Source: an uncultured Gammaproteobacteria bacterium (GTDB lineage Bacteria; Pseudomonadota; Gammaproteobacteria; JACCXJ01). Taken from it: a stretch of 64,000 bases of DNA. The stretch is from assembly GCA_963764725.1 (NCBI GenBank), contig CAVXTM010000002.1, forward strand, positions 128,001 to 192,000, read 5' to 3'. A program made the position numbers and the translations under genes. Shown here in pieces: positions 10,346 through 19,357 of the stretch (positions are counted from its first letter, which is position 1; each line of letters starts with the position of its first letter). Below the pieces are notes generated by a model, which searched no databases, was not told where the DNA came from, and saw nothing but the letters and a program-made list of their open reading frames with translations.

Positions 10346-11293
10346 TTGAGTGACTTCAGTTTCAAAGCGGGGGCGTGTCCCGACCTAGCCAATACGGGCC
10401 GGAGCGGCATCGCGACGGCTCTCCTGAGCTTGCTCGCGGCGAGTCCCGACCCGCTGCCGTTGTCCAAGCTAAAGGCAGGTCTGCGTAAGCGTCATGATCT
10501 ATCTGTCCAGGAGCTAGAGGCGCTGGTGGCGAGCCACCTCGGCCTCGGAACCGTGTTCCGCTACCCGCCGCTCCGCGGCGAGGGCTACCGCTACTGGGAC
10601 CGCGACCGCGGCCATTACCTCGACACCCTCATCGAACGCGAGCTTCACGCCGCCGCGCTTCCCATCCACACGCTTCGAGGCCGCGTGGCCAGACGCCTGG
10701 GGGACGCTTCCGAGGCGGAGGTGCGAGAGCGTATTGAGGGACTGCTGCGCGTGGGGAGGCTGCATGAGCTACCGCGCGGCCCGGGCAGCCGTTCGGCGCG
10801 CCTGAGCGCCAAGCCGCCCGATCCCAAAGACTATCTCAGTGGTACGATTCAGCGCTTGGTTCAGGCCATCGAGGAGGAGAGCCTCAGGCTCGCGGCTTTC
10901 GGGGTCCCGTGCGCGGCGACCTTCGCTGCGGCGCGTATCTTATTGGAAGAGAGCGTGCTTTACGGCCGGCCGGCACTGGCCGGAGTCCCGCCGCACATGG
11001 ACAGTGCCGTCACGGAACAGGATCTCGAGCACCAGATCTTGGAGCAATTGCGGCGCCTGAGCGCGGATCTTCGCCACGGCGGGTTGGTCTCTACCCGCGA
11101 GCTACGCGGCACGCAACCACGCTTCACGCACGAGCACGCGGCTTTCGACCAGGCGCTCCTGCGGCTCGCGAAAGACGGAAGGGTATGGTTGTTTCGCCAC
11201 GATTTTCCAGCGAGCCTCAGCGAATCGGAGCGCAAGGCGATGGTCACGGATGGCCGCGGCAATTACTATAACGGGATCTCGTTCAAAGAATAA
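10346..11293 (+). CDS. Hypothetical protein, probably tandem winged-helix domains
   Basis: Three helix-helix-wing-like segments; C-terminal FDQALLRLAKDGRVWLFRHDFPASL...DGRGNYYNGI; 8 nt upstream of the ATPase. Confidence 0.65.
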   Translation: MSDFSFKAGACPDLANTGRSGIATALLSLLAASPDPLPLSKLKAGLRKRHDLSVQELEALVASHLGLGTVFRYPPLRGEGYRYWDRDRGHYLDTLIERELHAAALPIHTLRGRVARRLGDASEAEVRERIEGLLRVGRLHELPRGPGSRSARLSAKPPDPKDYLSGTIQRLVQAIEEESLRLAAFGVPCAATFAAARILLEESVLYGRPALAGVPPHMDSAVTEQDLEHQILEQLRRLSADLRHGGLVSTRELRGTQPRFTHEHAAFDQALLRLAKDGRVWLFRHDFPASLSESERKAMVTDGRGNYYNGISFKE

Positions 11294-11301
11294 CGCCCAT
11301 C

Positions 11302-13296
11302 ATGGATATCATCAATCCCTTTGCCCAGTCCATCGTCACCGATGCCTGGCAAGCGCCGCAATCCGATGTACCGATGATCCACGCCGGAGTGTTCGAGCTT
11401 TGCTGTGAGGTGCTCGAACAGGTGCGCCGATCCGGGGGCAGCCGGTCCGTGCTCCTGCACGGGCTACCGGGGAGCGGCAAAACCCATCTGCTCGCGCGCG
11501 TTCGCACCAATCTCAACGGCACGCCGAATGACATGGCTGCGACGGTGCCCGTGCCCCTCCCCCCGAACGTATTGTTCATCGCCGTGCGCCTGCGCGCCGG
11601 CGCCAGGATGCTATGCCGCCATCTCCGCCGTACCCTTGCGACCGATCTGTTTCGCCCCACGCGCCTAGGGATGTCGCAACTCGAGCAATTACTCCTCTAC
11701 CGCTTGGCGCAGTTTCTCAAGGACCGGAAAAAAGCCCAGAAATGGTGGATCGATCTGCGCCAGCCCCAAAAGCCGCGGCGCTGGTGGTTGTTCGGAAAGA
11801 CCGATGAGGCCGGACGCGCGCAGCAGGAAATAGAAGCCATGATCGAGCACCTCGAGGAGCAAGCGGCTCTCGGCAGAAACCTCAGTGCGATCCTGCGTCA
11901 CTTGGCCTTGGGGCGCCATCGGCGGAATGTACGCGATTGGTTGCACGATGGGCTGCTACCGGACGGCGCAATGCGGGATCTGGGCTTGGTGCCGCCGCCC
12001 GAGGACGAGGATCCCGAGGAGCAGGCGCTCGATATGGTCTGCGCCGTGAGCCGGCTCGCGGATTCCCATACACCGCTGGTGCTCTGTTTCGACCAGGTGG
12101 AAGCGTTGCAAACGTCCCCCGACGACATGGAGGGTCTGTATGCTTTCGGCCGGATGGTCAGCTCGCTTCGCGACAAGACGCGCAACACCTTGTTGCTCTC
12201 CTGCGTGCAGACCGCGTTTCTGGACAAGCTCGATGAGATCATTCGGGGCGCCGACATGGACCGGCTGGCGGAAAAGGCCGGTCTGCTCAAACCGCTCTCC
12301 GCGGAGGAGGCGCAACGGCTGATCCCGGTGCGTTTGGATTCCGCGCCGGCGGTGGCCAAGATGCGCAAAGGTCAATCGAATAAGCTCTGGCCTCTCAAAC
12401 CGAATCGCATCGCGGAATTCATGGACGGGAATCCCGCCTGTACCCCGCGCCAGTTGATTTCGTTTTGCGAGGACGAGTTCGAGAAATGGCGCCACGGCCA
12501 AGCGCAGCCGGCGGCCTCCGTAGAGGAATTCTTGACGCTCCAATACGCTATCGAGTACGGGCAAGCGCTGCAATCGAGTCATCCCCATAAGATGGACGAA
12601 ACCTTGGCGCACGGATTACCGCTGGTACTCGCGCTCTTGGGGCGCAGCAAGCAGGTCGTGGACGCCGGTCACAAATACGCCGATCTCATCTTCGAGTACG
12701 CTGCCGGGCGGCTGTACATCAGTTTTTGCAACCAGGTCGGTAACCCCTTGACTGCGCGCCTGGCGAAGCTTCGCGAGGCGGTGGAAAGGGGGCGGATCGC
12801 CAATCTGGTCGTGGTTCGGGATAGCCGCCTGGCAATCTCGCAGCATGCCAAGAAAGCACAGGAACATTTGGATGCGCTCACGCAACGCGAGGTGACTTTG
12901 CTGCGCCCCTCCGCGGAGGGATTGGCGGCGATCGAAGCATTCCGCAGCCTGCTCTCGGATGCCAAGGCGGGGGACCTCGCTAAGCGCGGGGAGGGGATCG
13001 GCCCGGGCGCCGTGGAAGAATGGTTTAAAGCGCATCTACCGCCGTCCGTGGCCGATTTGGTGGAGGGTCTCACGCCCGAGCGGCGGTTGAGCGGACGCGA
13101 TGCGATTTACGATGAGCTGTTGGAATTGGTGCAACAGGAACGGATCGTTCGCTTAGACGAGGCCGCCGAACGGCTGCATCGGGATGCCGAAATGATAGCC
13201 GCCTGTGCCGCGGGCCATATCGATCAGTTCGGGATCTTGCAGGGACCGCCCTTGGTGATCTTCGAGAAGGTAGCCGCGGCGGACAGCGTCGCCTAG
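11302..13296 (+). CDS. AAA+/P-loop ATPase with C-terminal extension
   Basis: Walker A GLPGSGKT, Walker B LVLCFDQVE, putative Arg finger MDRL, sensor-2-like TPRQL. Confidence 0.85.
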   Translation: MDIINPFAQSIVTDAWQAPQSDVPMIHAGVFELCCEVLEQVRRSGGSRSVLLHGLPGSGKTHLLARVRTNLNGTPNDMAATVPVPLPPNVLFIAVRLRAGARMLCRHLRRTLATDLFRPTRLGMSQLEQLLLYRLAQFLKDRKKAQKWWIDLRQPQKPRRWWLFGKTDEAGRAQQEIEAMIEHLEEQAALGRNLSAILRHLALGRHRRNVRDWLHDGLLPDGAMRDLGLVPPPEDEDPEEQALDMVCAVSRLADSHTPLVLCFDQVEALQTSPDDMEGLYAFGRMVSSLRDKTRNTLLLSCVQTAFLDKLDEIIRGADMDRLAEKAGLLKPLSAEEAQRLIPVRLDSAPAVAKMRKGQSNKLWPLKPNRIAEFMDGNPACTPRQLISFCEDEFEKWRHGQAQPAASVEEFLTLQYAIEYGQALQSSHPHKMDETLAHGLPLVLALLGRSKQVVDAGHKYADLIFEYAAGRLYISFCNQVGNPLTARLAKLREAVERGRIANLVVVRDSRLAISQHAKKAQEHLDALTQREVTLLRPSAEGLAAIEAFRSLLSDAKAGDLAKRGEGIGPGAVEEWFKAHLPPSVADLVEGLTPERRLSGRDAIYDELLELVQQERIVRLDEAAERLHRDAEMIAACAAGHIDQFGILQGPPLVIFEKVAAADSVA

Positions 13297-13300
13297 CCTT

Positions 13301-14362
13301 ATGGCTGTGTATTTGACCATGCCGCAGGTTCGGGCCACGTTGCTTGAAAGCGGCGTCGAGCAGCACCCGCCGACACAGCTTCTGGCGCGCCTATTTGTCG
13401 AGGTGATGGATGAGTTGCTCGGGCAGGGGCGGAGCCCGCACTGGACGGCGATCTTGGGCGATGAAGATCTGGATCGGGAACGGTGGCAACAGAGGCTCAT
13501 CGAGCACGCCTATCGGCGGTGCGTCGCGCCGAGATTGCTGCGGCAGCGAGCCGCATTGGATCCCGCCGCCAGGGAGGTGTGTCTGTTTTGGGAAGCGGTC
13601 CAAAACCTCTGTACCTGGAGCGTGGACGCGCTTTGGGAGCGTTACCGCGCGCGGGGACGCGTGCCGGAGGCCGGACTATTCAGTAAAATCGGCTTGGCGA
13701 AGGATCTGGAGTTACACGAACCCGAGTGGACCGATGCGGTCCGTATCACGGATATCCGGGAAGCGCTTTGGCTCACGCCGGGCGCCGAATCCTATTGCGC
13801 AATCGAGCTTTGTCTCAATCCGGACGGGGAAGGCATCGAGCAGGCGTGTCTCTATCGCCTGTTGACACACGCATCCTACCCGGCGCCGCGCGCACGCAAG
13901 GGGGTGCTGCGGCTGGTCTCCTTCTCGCCGGCGCGCCAGGAAACGGCGATCGACATAGCACGGTTGGATAGGCTGCAGCGGCATGTGAAATACTTGATCG
14001 GACGCGCCGCCGGCGTGCTGCCGACGGGGTTGCCGGTCAGCGCGGACCCTGCAAGCGCGGCGCATAACTATGTGAACCTGGGCAAGATGCTGGTCGAGAT
14101 CCTGAGAAACTTTGGGATCGAGGCCAGCGTCGCCGGCATGCCCGCGATTGAACACGGGAAGGTGCAGTTCTTGATAGAGCTTCCGCCGGGTATTCGGGTC
14201 ACCGGGCCGGAAGCGCTCGCGGACGATATCAAGCAACGCTTGCGGCTTAAGACCCCGCCGCTGATCGAACACGTTGCCGGGCATTTATTCGTTAGTCTCG
14301 AGGTTCGCGCACGCCCGATCTTCTTTTTCTGGCCGACGGGCTGGACGAGCAGGGCGGAATGA
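13301..14362 (+). CDS. Hypothetical protein: degenerate PD-(D/E)XK-like region plus FtsK-alpha-like C-terminus, no ATPase
   Basis: VRITDIREALW...YCAIELC...EQACLY; LVEILRNFGIEASV...PPGIRV...LADDIKQRLRL...PLI; no Walker A. Confidence 0.55.
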   Translation: MAVYLTMPQVRATLLESGVEQHPPTQLLARLFVEVMDELLGQGRSPHWTAILGDEDLDRERWQQRLIEHAYRRCVAPRLLRQRAALDPAAREVCLFWEAVQNLCTWSVDALWERYRARGRVPEAGLFSKIGLAKDLELHEPEWTDAVRITDIREALWLTPGAESYCAIELCLNPDGEGIEQACLYRLLTHASYPAPRARKGVLRLVSFSPARQETAIDIARLDRLQRHVKYLIGRAAGVLPTGLPVSADPASAAHNYVNLGKMLVEILRNFGIEASVAGMPAIEHGKVQFLIELPPGIRVTGPEALADDIKQRLRLKTPPLIEHVAGHLFVSLEVRARPIFFFWPTGWTSRAE

Positions 14363-14387
14363 ATTCGTCGGATCGCCGATCACACCT
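14335..14387 (+). repeat. 53-bp junction repeat, copy at 16926-16978; partial third copy near 24505-24536
   Basis: 47/53 identical by direct alignment; contains the stop of the 13301 ORF and the last sdhE codons/stop on the opposite strand. Confidence 0.85.
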
Positions 14388-14452
14388 TGTCTGCTGTAGC
14401 TATGGATCGAGTCGAGTTGACTGGCGCAATACCGTCGGCTCGACCCGGTCCA

Positions 14453-14504
14453 GGCTAACCCGCACGCCGCTTTATGGCGCGTCCGGTGGATCGAGAAGTT
14501 AGCT
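14453..14504 (-). other. Short, degenerate attC-like site
   Basis: Minus strand AGCTAAC...CCACCGGACGCGCC...GTTAGCC; carries the stop of the upstream antitoxin remnant. Confidence 0.5.
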
Positions 14505-14765
14505 GAATAACCGCCCGTGACGGAAGGCGTTTGGAAGAAACACGGTGGGCGGATTTGCGGTTTGCGTTGTGTTGCTTGAGAGACGCGATGGCTTTTCGAT
14601 AAAACGGCCCGTGACAAATTTGTGAAGTACGCTGGCAATGAGAGTTTGATAAGGGACCCCCTCCTCCAGGGCACGCGTCTGGATATCCATCAGGTTGGGG
14701 GATGAGAGTCAGATATTTACCCGCCGGTTCTTGATAAGCGTCGCCCGAGCAGCGTCCCGAAACGT
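14499..14765 (-). pseudogene. BrnA/CopG-like antitoxin remnant
   Basis: RDAARATLIKNRRVNI*LSSPNLMDIQTRALEEGVPYQTLIASVLHKFVTG, with an internal stop. Confidence 0.7.
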
Positions 14766-15186
14766 CTCAAGCCCGGGCCTTCGAAAGACCGATGGATTTT
14801 GAGCTCATCTTAGATCCGCTCGGTGCGCAGGCTGTAAATGGAGGTAGCGCAGGCGCTCCCGCACGTGATCGAGCAGGTTTGTTGGCGGCGGGTGTGCTAA
14901 AAACTCCCTCGCGTGCATTCGTTGGCATCGTTGAGTTCCCAATCAAGCGCTTATATGATGACCGCCGTGATTATGCACCAGTCCGTGGATTGGGTTAGGG
15001 GTTAAACACCTATTGGTGTCGAATTCTGAGTTGGTCGGCGCGCAGCGCCGGGGCCACGGCTTTTAGAACGGGAGATGGGCGTGGATAGGATCACAGGCTT
15101 CGATAACGGCAATCGAGCGGCGCTAAGCGCGCGCCAACCAACGGAGCGCGAGTTGTCTCACGTCGAGTTGTCCGGCGCTGCGCGCC

Positions 15187-15308
15187 GTCCAACTCTCGTT
15201 CGAGCGGCACCGCGGCGCTGCGCTTGCGGCTTCGCCCCTATGACTCGGTCGAAAGACTTCGTCTTTCTCTCGCGTCAGGGGCGCCGCTCAACTCGCGCTC
15301 CGTTAGGC
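15187..15308 (+). other. attC recombination site (long type)
   Basis: GTCCAAC...imperfect palindrome...GCCGCTCAACTCGCGCTCC-GTTAGGC directly before the cassette gene RBS. Confidence 0.7.
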
Positions 15309-15331
15309 GCAAACCTAAAGGAGAATTGCAA

Positions 15332-15922
15332 ATGATCGGTACGTTTTCGTCCGCGGACAGCGCCCTGTTACTCATCGACCATCAAGTCGGGACGATGAAG
15401 CTCATCAAGAACATCCCGCTTGATGTGGTCAAACGAAACACGCTGGCTCTTGCCAAAACAGCCAAGATTTTGAACATCCCTGTCGTCCTTACGAGTTCGC
15501 AGGAGCAGAATGTTCAGGGGCCATTGCTTCCGGAACTCGAACAAATTCTTCCTGAGGCGTTTGCTGCCAGGGTTCAGCGAGCCGGAATTGTTAACGCTTG
15601 GAGTGATCCGCACTTCAAAAAGGCCGTCGAAGCGACAGGTCGCAGGAATCTCATCATGGCCGGTGTGACCACCGATGTGTGTTTGGTGTATCCGGCAATT
15701 AGTGCCTGTCGCGAGGGCTACCAAGTACAGGCAGTTATGGACGCTTCAGGGTCGCCATACGAACTTTCCGAAGATATGTCGCGGCGGCGCATGGAACGCG
15801 AGGGAGTAGTGCTTACCGCAACAAACACGCTCATGGCTGAACTCGCTCAGGATTGGAGTCGGCCAGAAGGTGGCCAATTGCTTGGCATACTGTTTCAAGA
15901 CGTACTTCCACCAATCGCCTAA
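15332..15922 (+). CDS. YcaC-like isochorismatase-family cysteine hydrolase (gene cassette)
   Basis: LLLIDHQVG and GVTTDVCLVYPA; cassette ends GTTAGGCG / CGCCTAAC are complementary. Confidence 0.9.
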   Translation: MIGTFSSADSALLLIDHQVGTMKLIKNIPLDVVKRNTLALAKTAKILNIPVVLTSSQEQNVQGPLLPELEQILPEAFAARVQRAGIVNAWSDPHFKKAVEATGRRNLIMAGVTTDVCLVYPAISACREGYQVQAVMDASGSPYELSEDMSRRRMEREGVVLTATNTLMAELAQDWSRPEGGQLLGILFQDVLPPIA

Positions 15923-15987
15923 CAAGGCGCTCCACCGGACGGCAATTCCGCTGCGCTCCAGTGCCGCCGGTGAGCGTTGCGTTAGCC
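15917..15987 (+). other. attC site (71 bp)
   Basis: GCCTAACAAGGCGCTCCACCGGACGGC...GCCGCCGGTGAGCGTTGC-GTTAGCC, canonical palindromic attC layout. Confidence 0.9.
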
Positions 15988-15994
15988 ATAACAC

Positions 15995-16651
15995 ATGCTT
16001 AATACTATTTTCCAAAAACGCTTCACTGAACTAAAAGCTCAGTTCGAAGCAATGCCTTTCCACTCAAATGCTGACGGCATGTCTGGGACTCATGTTCCAT
16101 CTGGCGTTTGGCAGCAATGGGCTACAAGTGCGCAAAACCTTCTTCTTACGGTCTTTGGTAAGGAGTCACCTCACTACGCGAACTTTGTAGACGCGTTCCA
16201 AAAAAGCACCGGTTACGCCCACAGTGTTAATGTGCTCAAAGGCATTTTCCCTAGCGCGAAAGATGACTTTGAGGGTGGATACGTTTTTGATGTTGATCTC
16301 CGGGTGTCCGGGGAGGTCTTCGGGGATTTCGTGGCCATGGCAAAGCATGCCTTATCAGAAGGCTATAAAGATGTCGCAGCGGTGCTAGCCTGCGCTGCGT
16401 TGGAAGACACCCTTAAGCGATTCTCAGCGGCAAATGGTCTCGATGTTGGTGAGAAGTCTATGCAAGAAGTAGTCGGCGCATTGAAGTCAAAGGGGCTGGT
16501 GTCCGGGGCCCAGAAGTCTTTGTTGGATACTATGCCAAGAATTCGAGACTACGCCATGCACGCAAACTGGGAAAAGATCTCGGCGCCAGACGTTAGTAGC
16601 GTTATTGGCTTTGTTGAGCAGTTTCTTCTTTCAAAGTTCAGTCATGGCTAA
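15995..16651 (+). CDS. DUF4145-like HEPN-motif protein (gene cassette)
   Basis: AAVLACAALEDTLK and RDYAMH (RxxxxH); cassette ends GTTAGCCAT / ATGGCTAAC are complementary; following attC is truncated. Confidence 0.75.
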   Translation: MLNTIFQKRFTELKAQFEAMPFHSNADGMSGTHVPSGVWQQWATSAQNLLLTVFGKESPHYANFVDAFQKSTGYAHSVNVLKGIFPSAKDDFEGGYVFDVDLRVSGEVFGDFVAMAKHALSEGYKDVAAVLACAALEDTLKRFSAANGLDVGEKSMQEVVGALKSKGLVSGAQKSLLDTMPRIRDYAMHANWEKISAPDVSSVIGFVEQFLLSKFSHG

Positions 16652-16705
16652 CAAGCCGATCAACACGGACAGCAAGTAAGCGCCGCTCCTTCGTCGCTCT
16701 GCTTC

Positions 16706-16821
16706 ATGATTATCCTCGGCGCCATGATGCGTAAGCTCGTCCATGTCACCTTCGGCGTCCTCAAGTCCGGAACACCTTTCAATCCCACACTTCATCTCAC
16801 TTGACACCGATAACAGTATCT
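16706..16821 (+). mobile_element. IS110-family remnant (transposase C-terminus and right end)
   Basis: MIILGAMMRKLVHVTFGVLKSGTPFNP* followed by TTGACAC...AACAGTATCT. Confidence 0.7.
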
Positions 16822-16827
16822 ACATCT

Positions 16828-16899
16828 AAGTCGTAGCGAGAGAGGGTGTGTGAGTCTATTGGAGTCGTTTTGTTTCAACATTCAAGACGTGAGTATCTA
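16828..16899 (+). repeat. ~72-bp dispersed non-coding repeat, second copy 24296-24366
   Basis: Shared GAGTCT...GTCGTTTTGTT..CATTCAAGACGT..GTATCTA. Confidence 0.7.
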
Positions 16900-16985
16900 A
16901 AACATGGTGTGGCGGCCTTACCCGAGACGGGTTGGACGAGCAGAGCGGAATGATTTCGCCGAAGCGCCGATCACACCTCGCCGGA

Positions 16986-17191
16986 GAGGTTGTGAATTAA
17001 TCGTCGCGAGCAACCCCGAGCGCCAGGACCGTTTCGCCGGGAGCGAAACGGCGCATAAGCCCCGAAGGGGCGAGTCTCAAGGATGAGACGAGCAACCGCA
17101 GAGCGAGCGACGAGACATATCAATTCGATAGGCGAGCGAGCGAGCACGCGACGCAGCGATCGGGATGCGCAGCAGATTAATTCACAACCTC
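16986..17191. mobile_element. MITE (206 bp) inserted in the 3' end of sdhE copy 1
   Basis: TIRs GAGGTTGTGAATTAAT / ATTAATTCACAACCTC; flanks GGA / TGA; the empty site CGCCTGAGGTC is visible near 24538. Confidence 0.85.
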
Positions 17192-17425
17192 TGAGGTCGA
17201 TCGGATCTCATCGATCAGCTTCAAGCATCTCGGATCATTGGGTTGCGATCTTCCCAGCAACCACGCCATGATGTCCTGGTCCGCTTGGTCGAGCAGTTCG
17301 ACGAAGCGGAGTTGATCGGCTGCGGCAAGCTGGTGGTAACGGAGATCCAGGAATCTTTCAAGGATGATATCGAGCTCGCGCATCCCGCGCCGGCAACGCC
17401 ATCGGAGTCGGTCGATCGAAGTCAC
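17177..17425 (-). CDS. sdhE: SdhE (succinate dehydrogenase assembly factor 2), duplicate copy; last residues come from the MITE
   Basis: LRWRCRRGMRELD motif. Confidence 0.8.
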   Translation of the reverse strand: MTSIDRLRWRCRRGMRELDIILERFLDLRYHQLAAADQLRFVELLDQADQDIMAWLLGRSQPNDPRCLKLIDEIRSTSEVVN

Positions 17426-17440
17426 GAACTTAACCGGGTC

Positions 17441-18004
17441 TCACAGCGCTCGCGTTAGCAGCAATTTCTTGATCTCCCCGATCGCCTTCGCCGGGTTGAG
17501 GCCTTTGGGGCAGGCCTTGGTGCAATTCATGATCGTATGGCAGCGGTACAGGCGATACGAATCTTCGAGCGTGTCGAGGCGCTCGCCCGTATTCTCGTCG
17601 CGGCTGTCGACGATCCAGCGGTAGGCCTGAAGCAGAATAGCAGGTCCGAGAAAGCGATCACCGTTCCACCAGTAACTCGGACAACCCGTCGAGCAACAGG
17701 CGCAGAGAATACATTCATACAGCCCGTCAAGTTGGGTGCGGTCTTCCTTGGTTTGCAAACGCTCGCGAGCGGGCGACCGGTGTGTCCGCCTGTAACCAGG
17801 GTTTGATCGAGGCATATTGGGCATAAAAATGCGTCAGATCGGGCACCAGATCCTTGATCACCGGCAGGTGCGGCAGGGGGTAGACGGAAACCTCCATCTC
17901 GGCGTCATCGATGGCCTTGGCGCACGCTAAGGTATTGGATCCATCGATATTCATCGCACACGAGCCACACACGCCCTCGCGGCAGGAGCGCCGGAAGGTC
18001 AAGG
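17441..18004 (-). pseudogene. sdhB: Duplicated 3' part of sdhB, 5'-truncated and frameshifted
   Basis: Near-identical to 24790-25352; 1-bp insertion near 17776 (GGCGACCGG vs GGCGCCGG). Confidence 0.93.
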
Positions 18005-18360
18005 CTGGCCGGCTCATGCTGGAAGCCCTGGCGGAGCTGGAAAAGAAGGGTGAAAGTTTTGCCTTCGAGACGACATTATCCGGCGTGACTTACGCGCGCC
18101 GCATTCCCCGCTGGCGAGCCGCCGGTTATCATGTCACGCTGTATTTTCTTGCCTTGCCGTTGGTTGAGCTGGGCATCGCACGAGTCGCGGAACGTGTGCG
18201 GCAGGGCGGTCATCATGTACCCGATAGTGTTGTCCGGCGCCGGTTTGTGTCGGGCCGACGGAACTTTGACCGCATATATCGTGATCTGGTGGACGCCTGG
18301 GCGCTTTACGACAATTCCGGCGCGGAGCCGGTTTTGATGGACTGGAAAGAAAAGCCATGA
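18001..18360 (+). pseudogene. Zeta-toxin-like P-loop ATPase, 5'-truncated (Walker A missing)
   Basis: KAGRLML...[10 protein letters not shown]...RVAERVRQGGHHVP...YDNS. Confidence 0.8.
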
Positions 18361-18530
18361 ACCCGAAGAGCATTGAGCAGGCGCGTGACCCCGACCTGCG
18401 GAATTCGCTGGTCGCACTCAAGCGGGCAGCCAAGCGTGCCCGTGAGACCGCCTTGCGCACCAAGACGCAGGTGGTCATCGCACGCGACGGTAAGTGGGTG
18501 CGCGTTTCGCCTGCGAAGCTCGCACAATAG
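18357..18530 (+). CDS. Small partner protein of the zeta-like ATPase (putative antitoxin), 57 aa
   Basis: MNPKSIEQARDPDLRNSLVALKRAAKRARETA...VVIARDGK; ATGA overlap with the ATPase stop. Confidence 0.7.
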   Translation: MNPKSIEQARDPDLRNSLVALKRAAKRARETALRTKTQVVIARDGKWVRVSPAKLAQ

Positions 18531-18692
18531 CGAGCCAAGTGAATCACCAGGTCAACGCCATTAACTAATGGGGACGCACACCTTTTCTGCGAACGATGAT
18601 CGGCTTGCACAATGGGGGACCTCCCAGAGGGACGGGGGAGGAGGAAGAATCCTGGGCAGCAGGAGCTTGAGTTGGTGTAGCGAGTGGATGCC

Positions 18693-19129
18693 ATGTTGCC
18701 GCCGTTCAACAACACAGGGGATTACCACCCGGCATTCATGTAGCCAGTTGGAGTGAGGTCGAATACCGGTTTGGAATGGGTTCGTCCGCGCGCACGCGGC
18801 ACTTGGCAAGACTTAGACATCTTTATGAGCTCGCAAGCCGTACCGAAAAGCTCGCGCGCTTTCTGGTGTTTGGAAGCTTCGTTTCCGCGACGGACAGTCC
18901 TCGCGATGTGGACGTGGTGTTGATAATGGCGCCGGATTTCAAACTGGAAGAGGCGCCGAGAGAATGCCAAACGCTTTTCTCGCATCCCGATGCGGAGGCC
19001 AGGTTCGGAGCGAGCGTGTTCTGGGTACGGGAAGGCATGTTGCCCGAGGACTTGATGGGGGAGTTTCTCGACACGTGGCAAACTAAGCGCGATGGGACCA
19101 AACGTGGAATAGTGGAGATTAAACCATGA
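18693..19129 (+). pseudogene. DUF6932-like minimal nucleotidyltransferase, frameshifted near the 5' end
   Basis: MLPPFNNTG / LPPGIHVASWSEVEYRFG in different frames; FGSFVS...PRDVDVV nucleotidyltransferase motif. Confidence 0.75.
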
Positions 19130-19341
19130 TACAAAACGATCACGAACTGGCAGTGACCCGCGAGCGCGCCGCCAAACTGGAGAGGTTGCTTGAAGCGCTG
19201 CGCAAGACGGCGAGGCCGGAGGAGTGGCCTTTCTTGAGTTCAGGCTATCGACTGGAGATCGAGCGCATGCAGGGACAGATCCTCGATTACCTCATGGAAG
19301 GTGCGCCACAGACACCGGCGCAATCTGCTGGGGTGCGCTGA
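19126..19341 (+). CDS. Small protein coupled to the nucleotidyltransferase (putative TA partner)
   Basis: MIQNDHELAVTRER...EIERMQGQILDYL; ATGA overlap. Confidence 0.65.
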   Translation: MIQNDHELAVTRERAAKLERLLEALRKTARPEEWPFLSSGYRLEIERMQGQILDYLMEGAPQTPAQSAGVR

Positions 19342-19357
19342 ACATCGATAGAATCGG

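Noticed and set aside
17911-18004. N-terminus of the 149-aa ATPase ORF as a novel fusion
   Set aside because: It is the antisense strand of the duplicated sdhB segment, a chance open frame at the junction.
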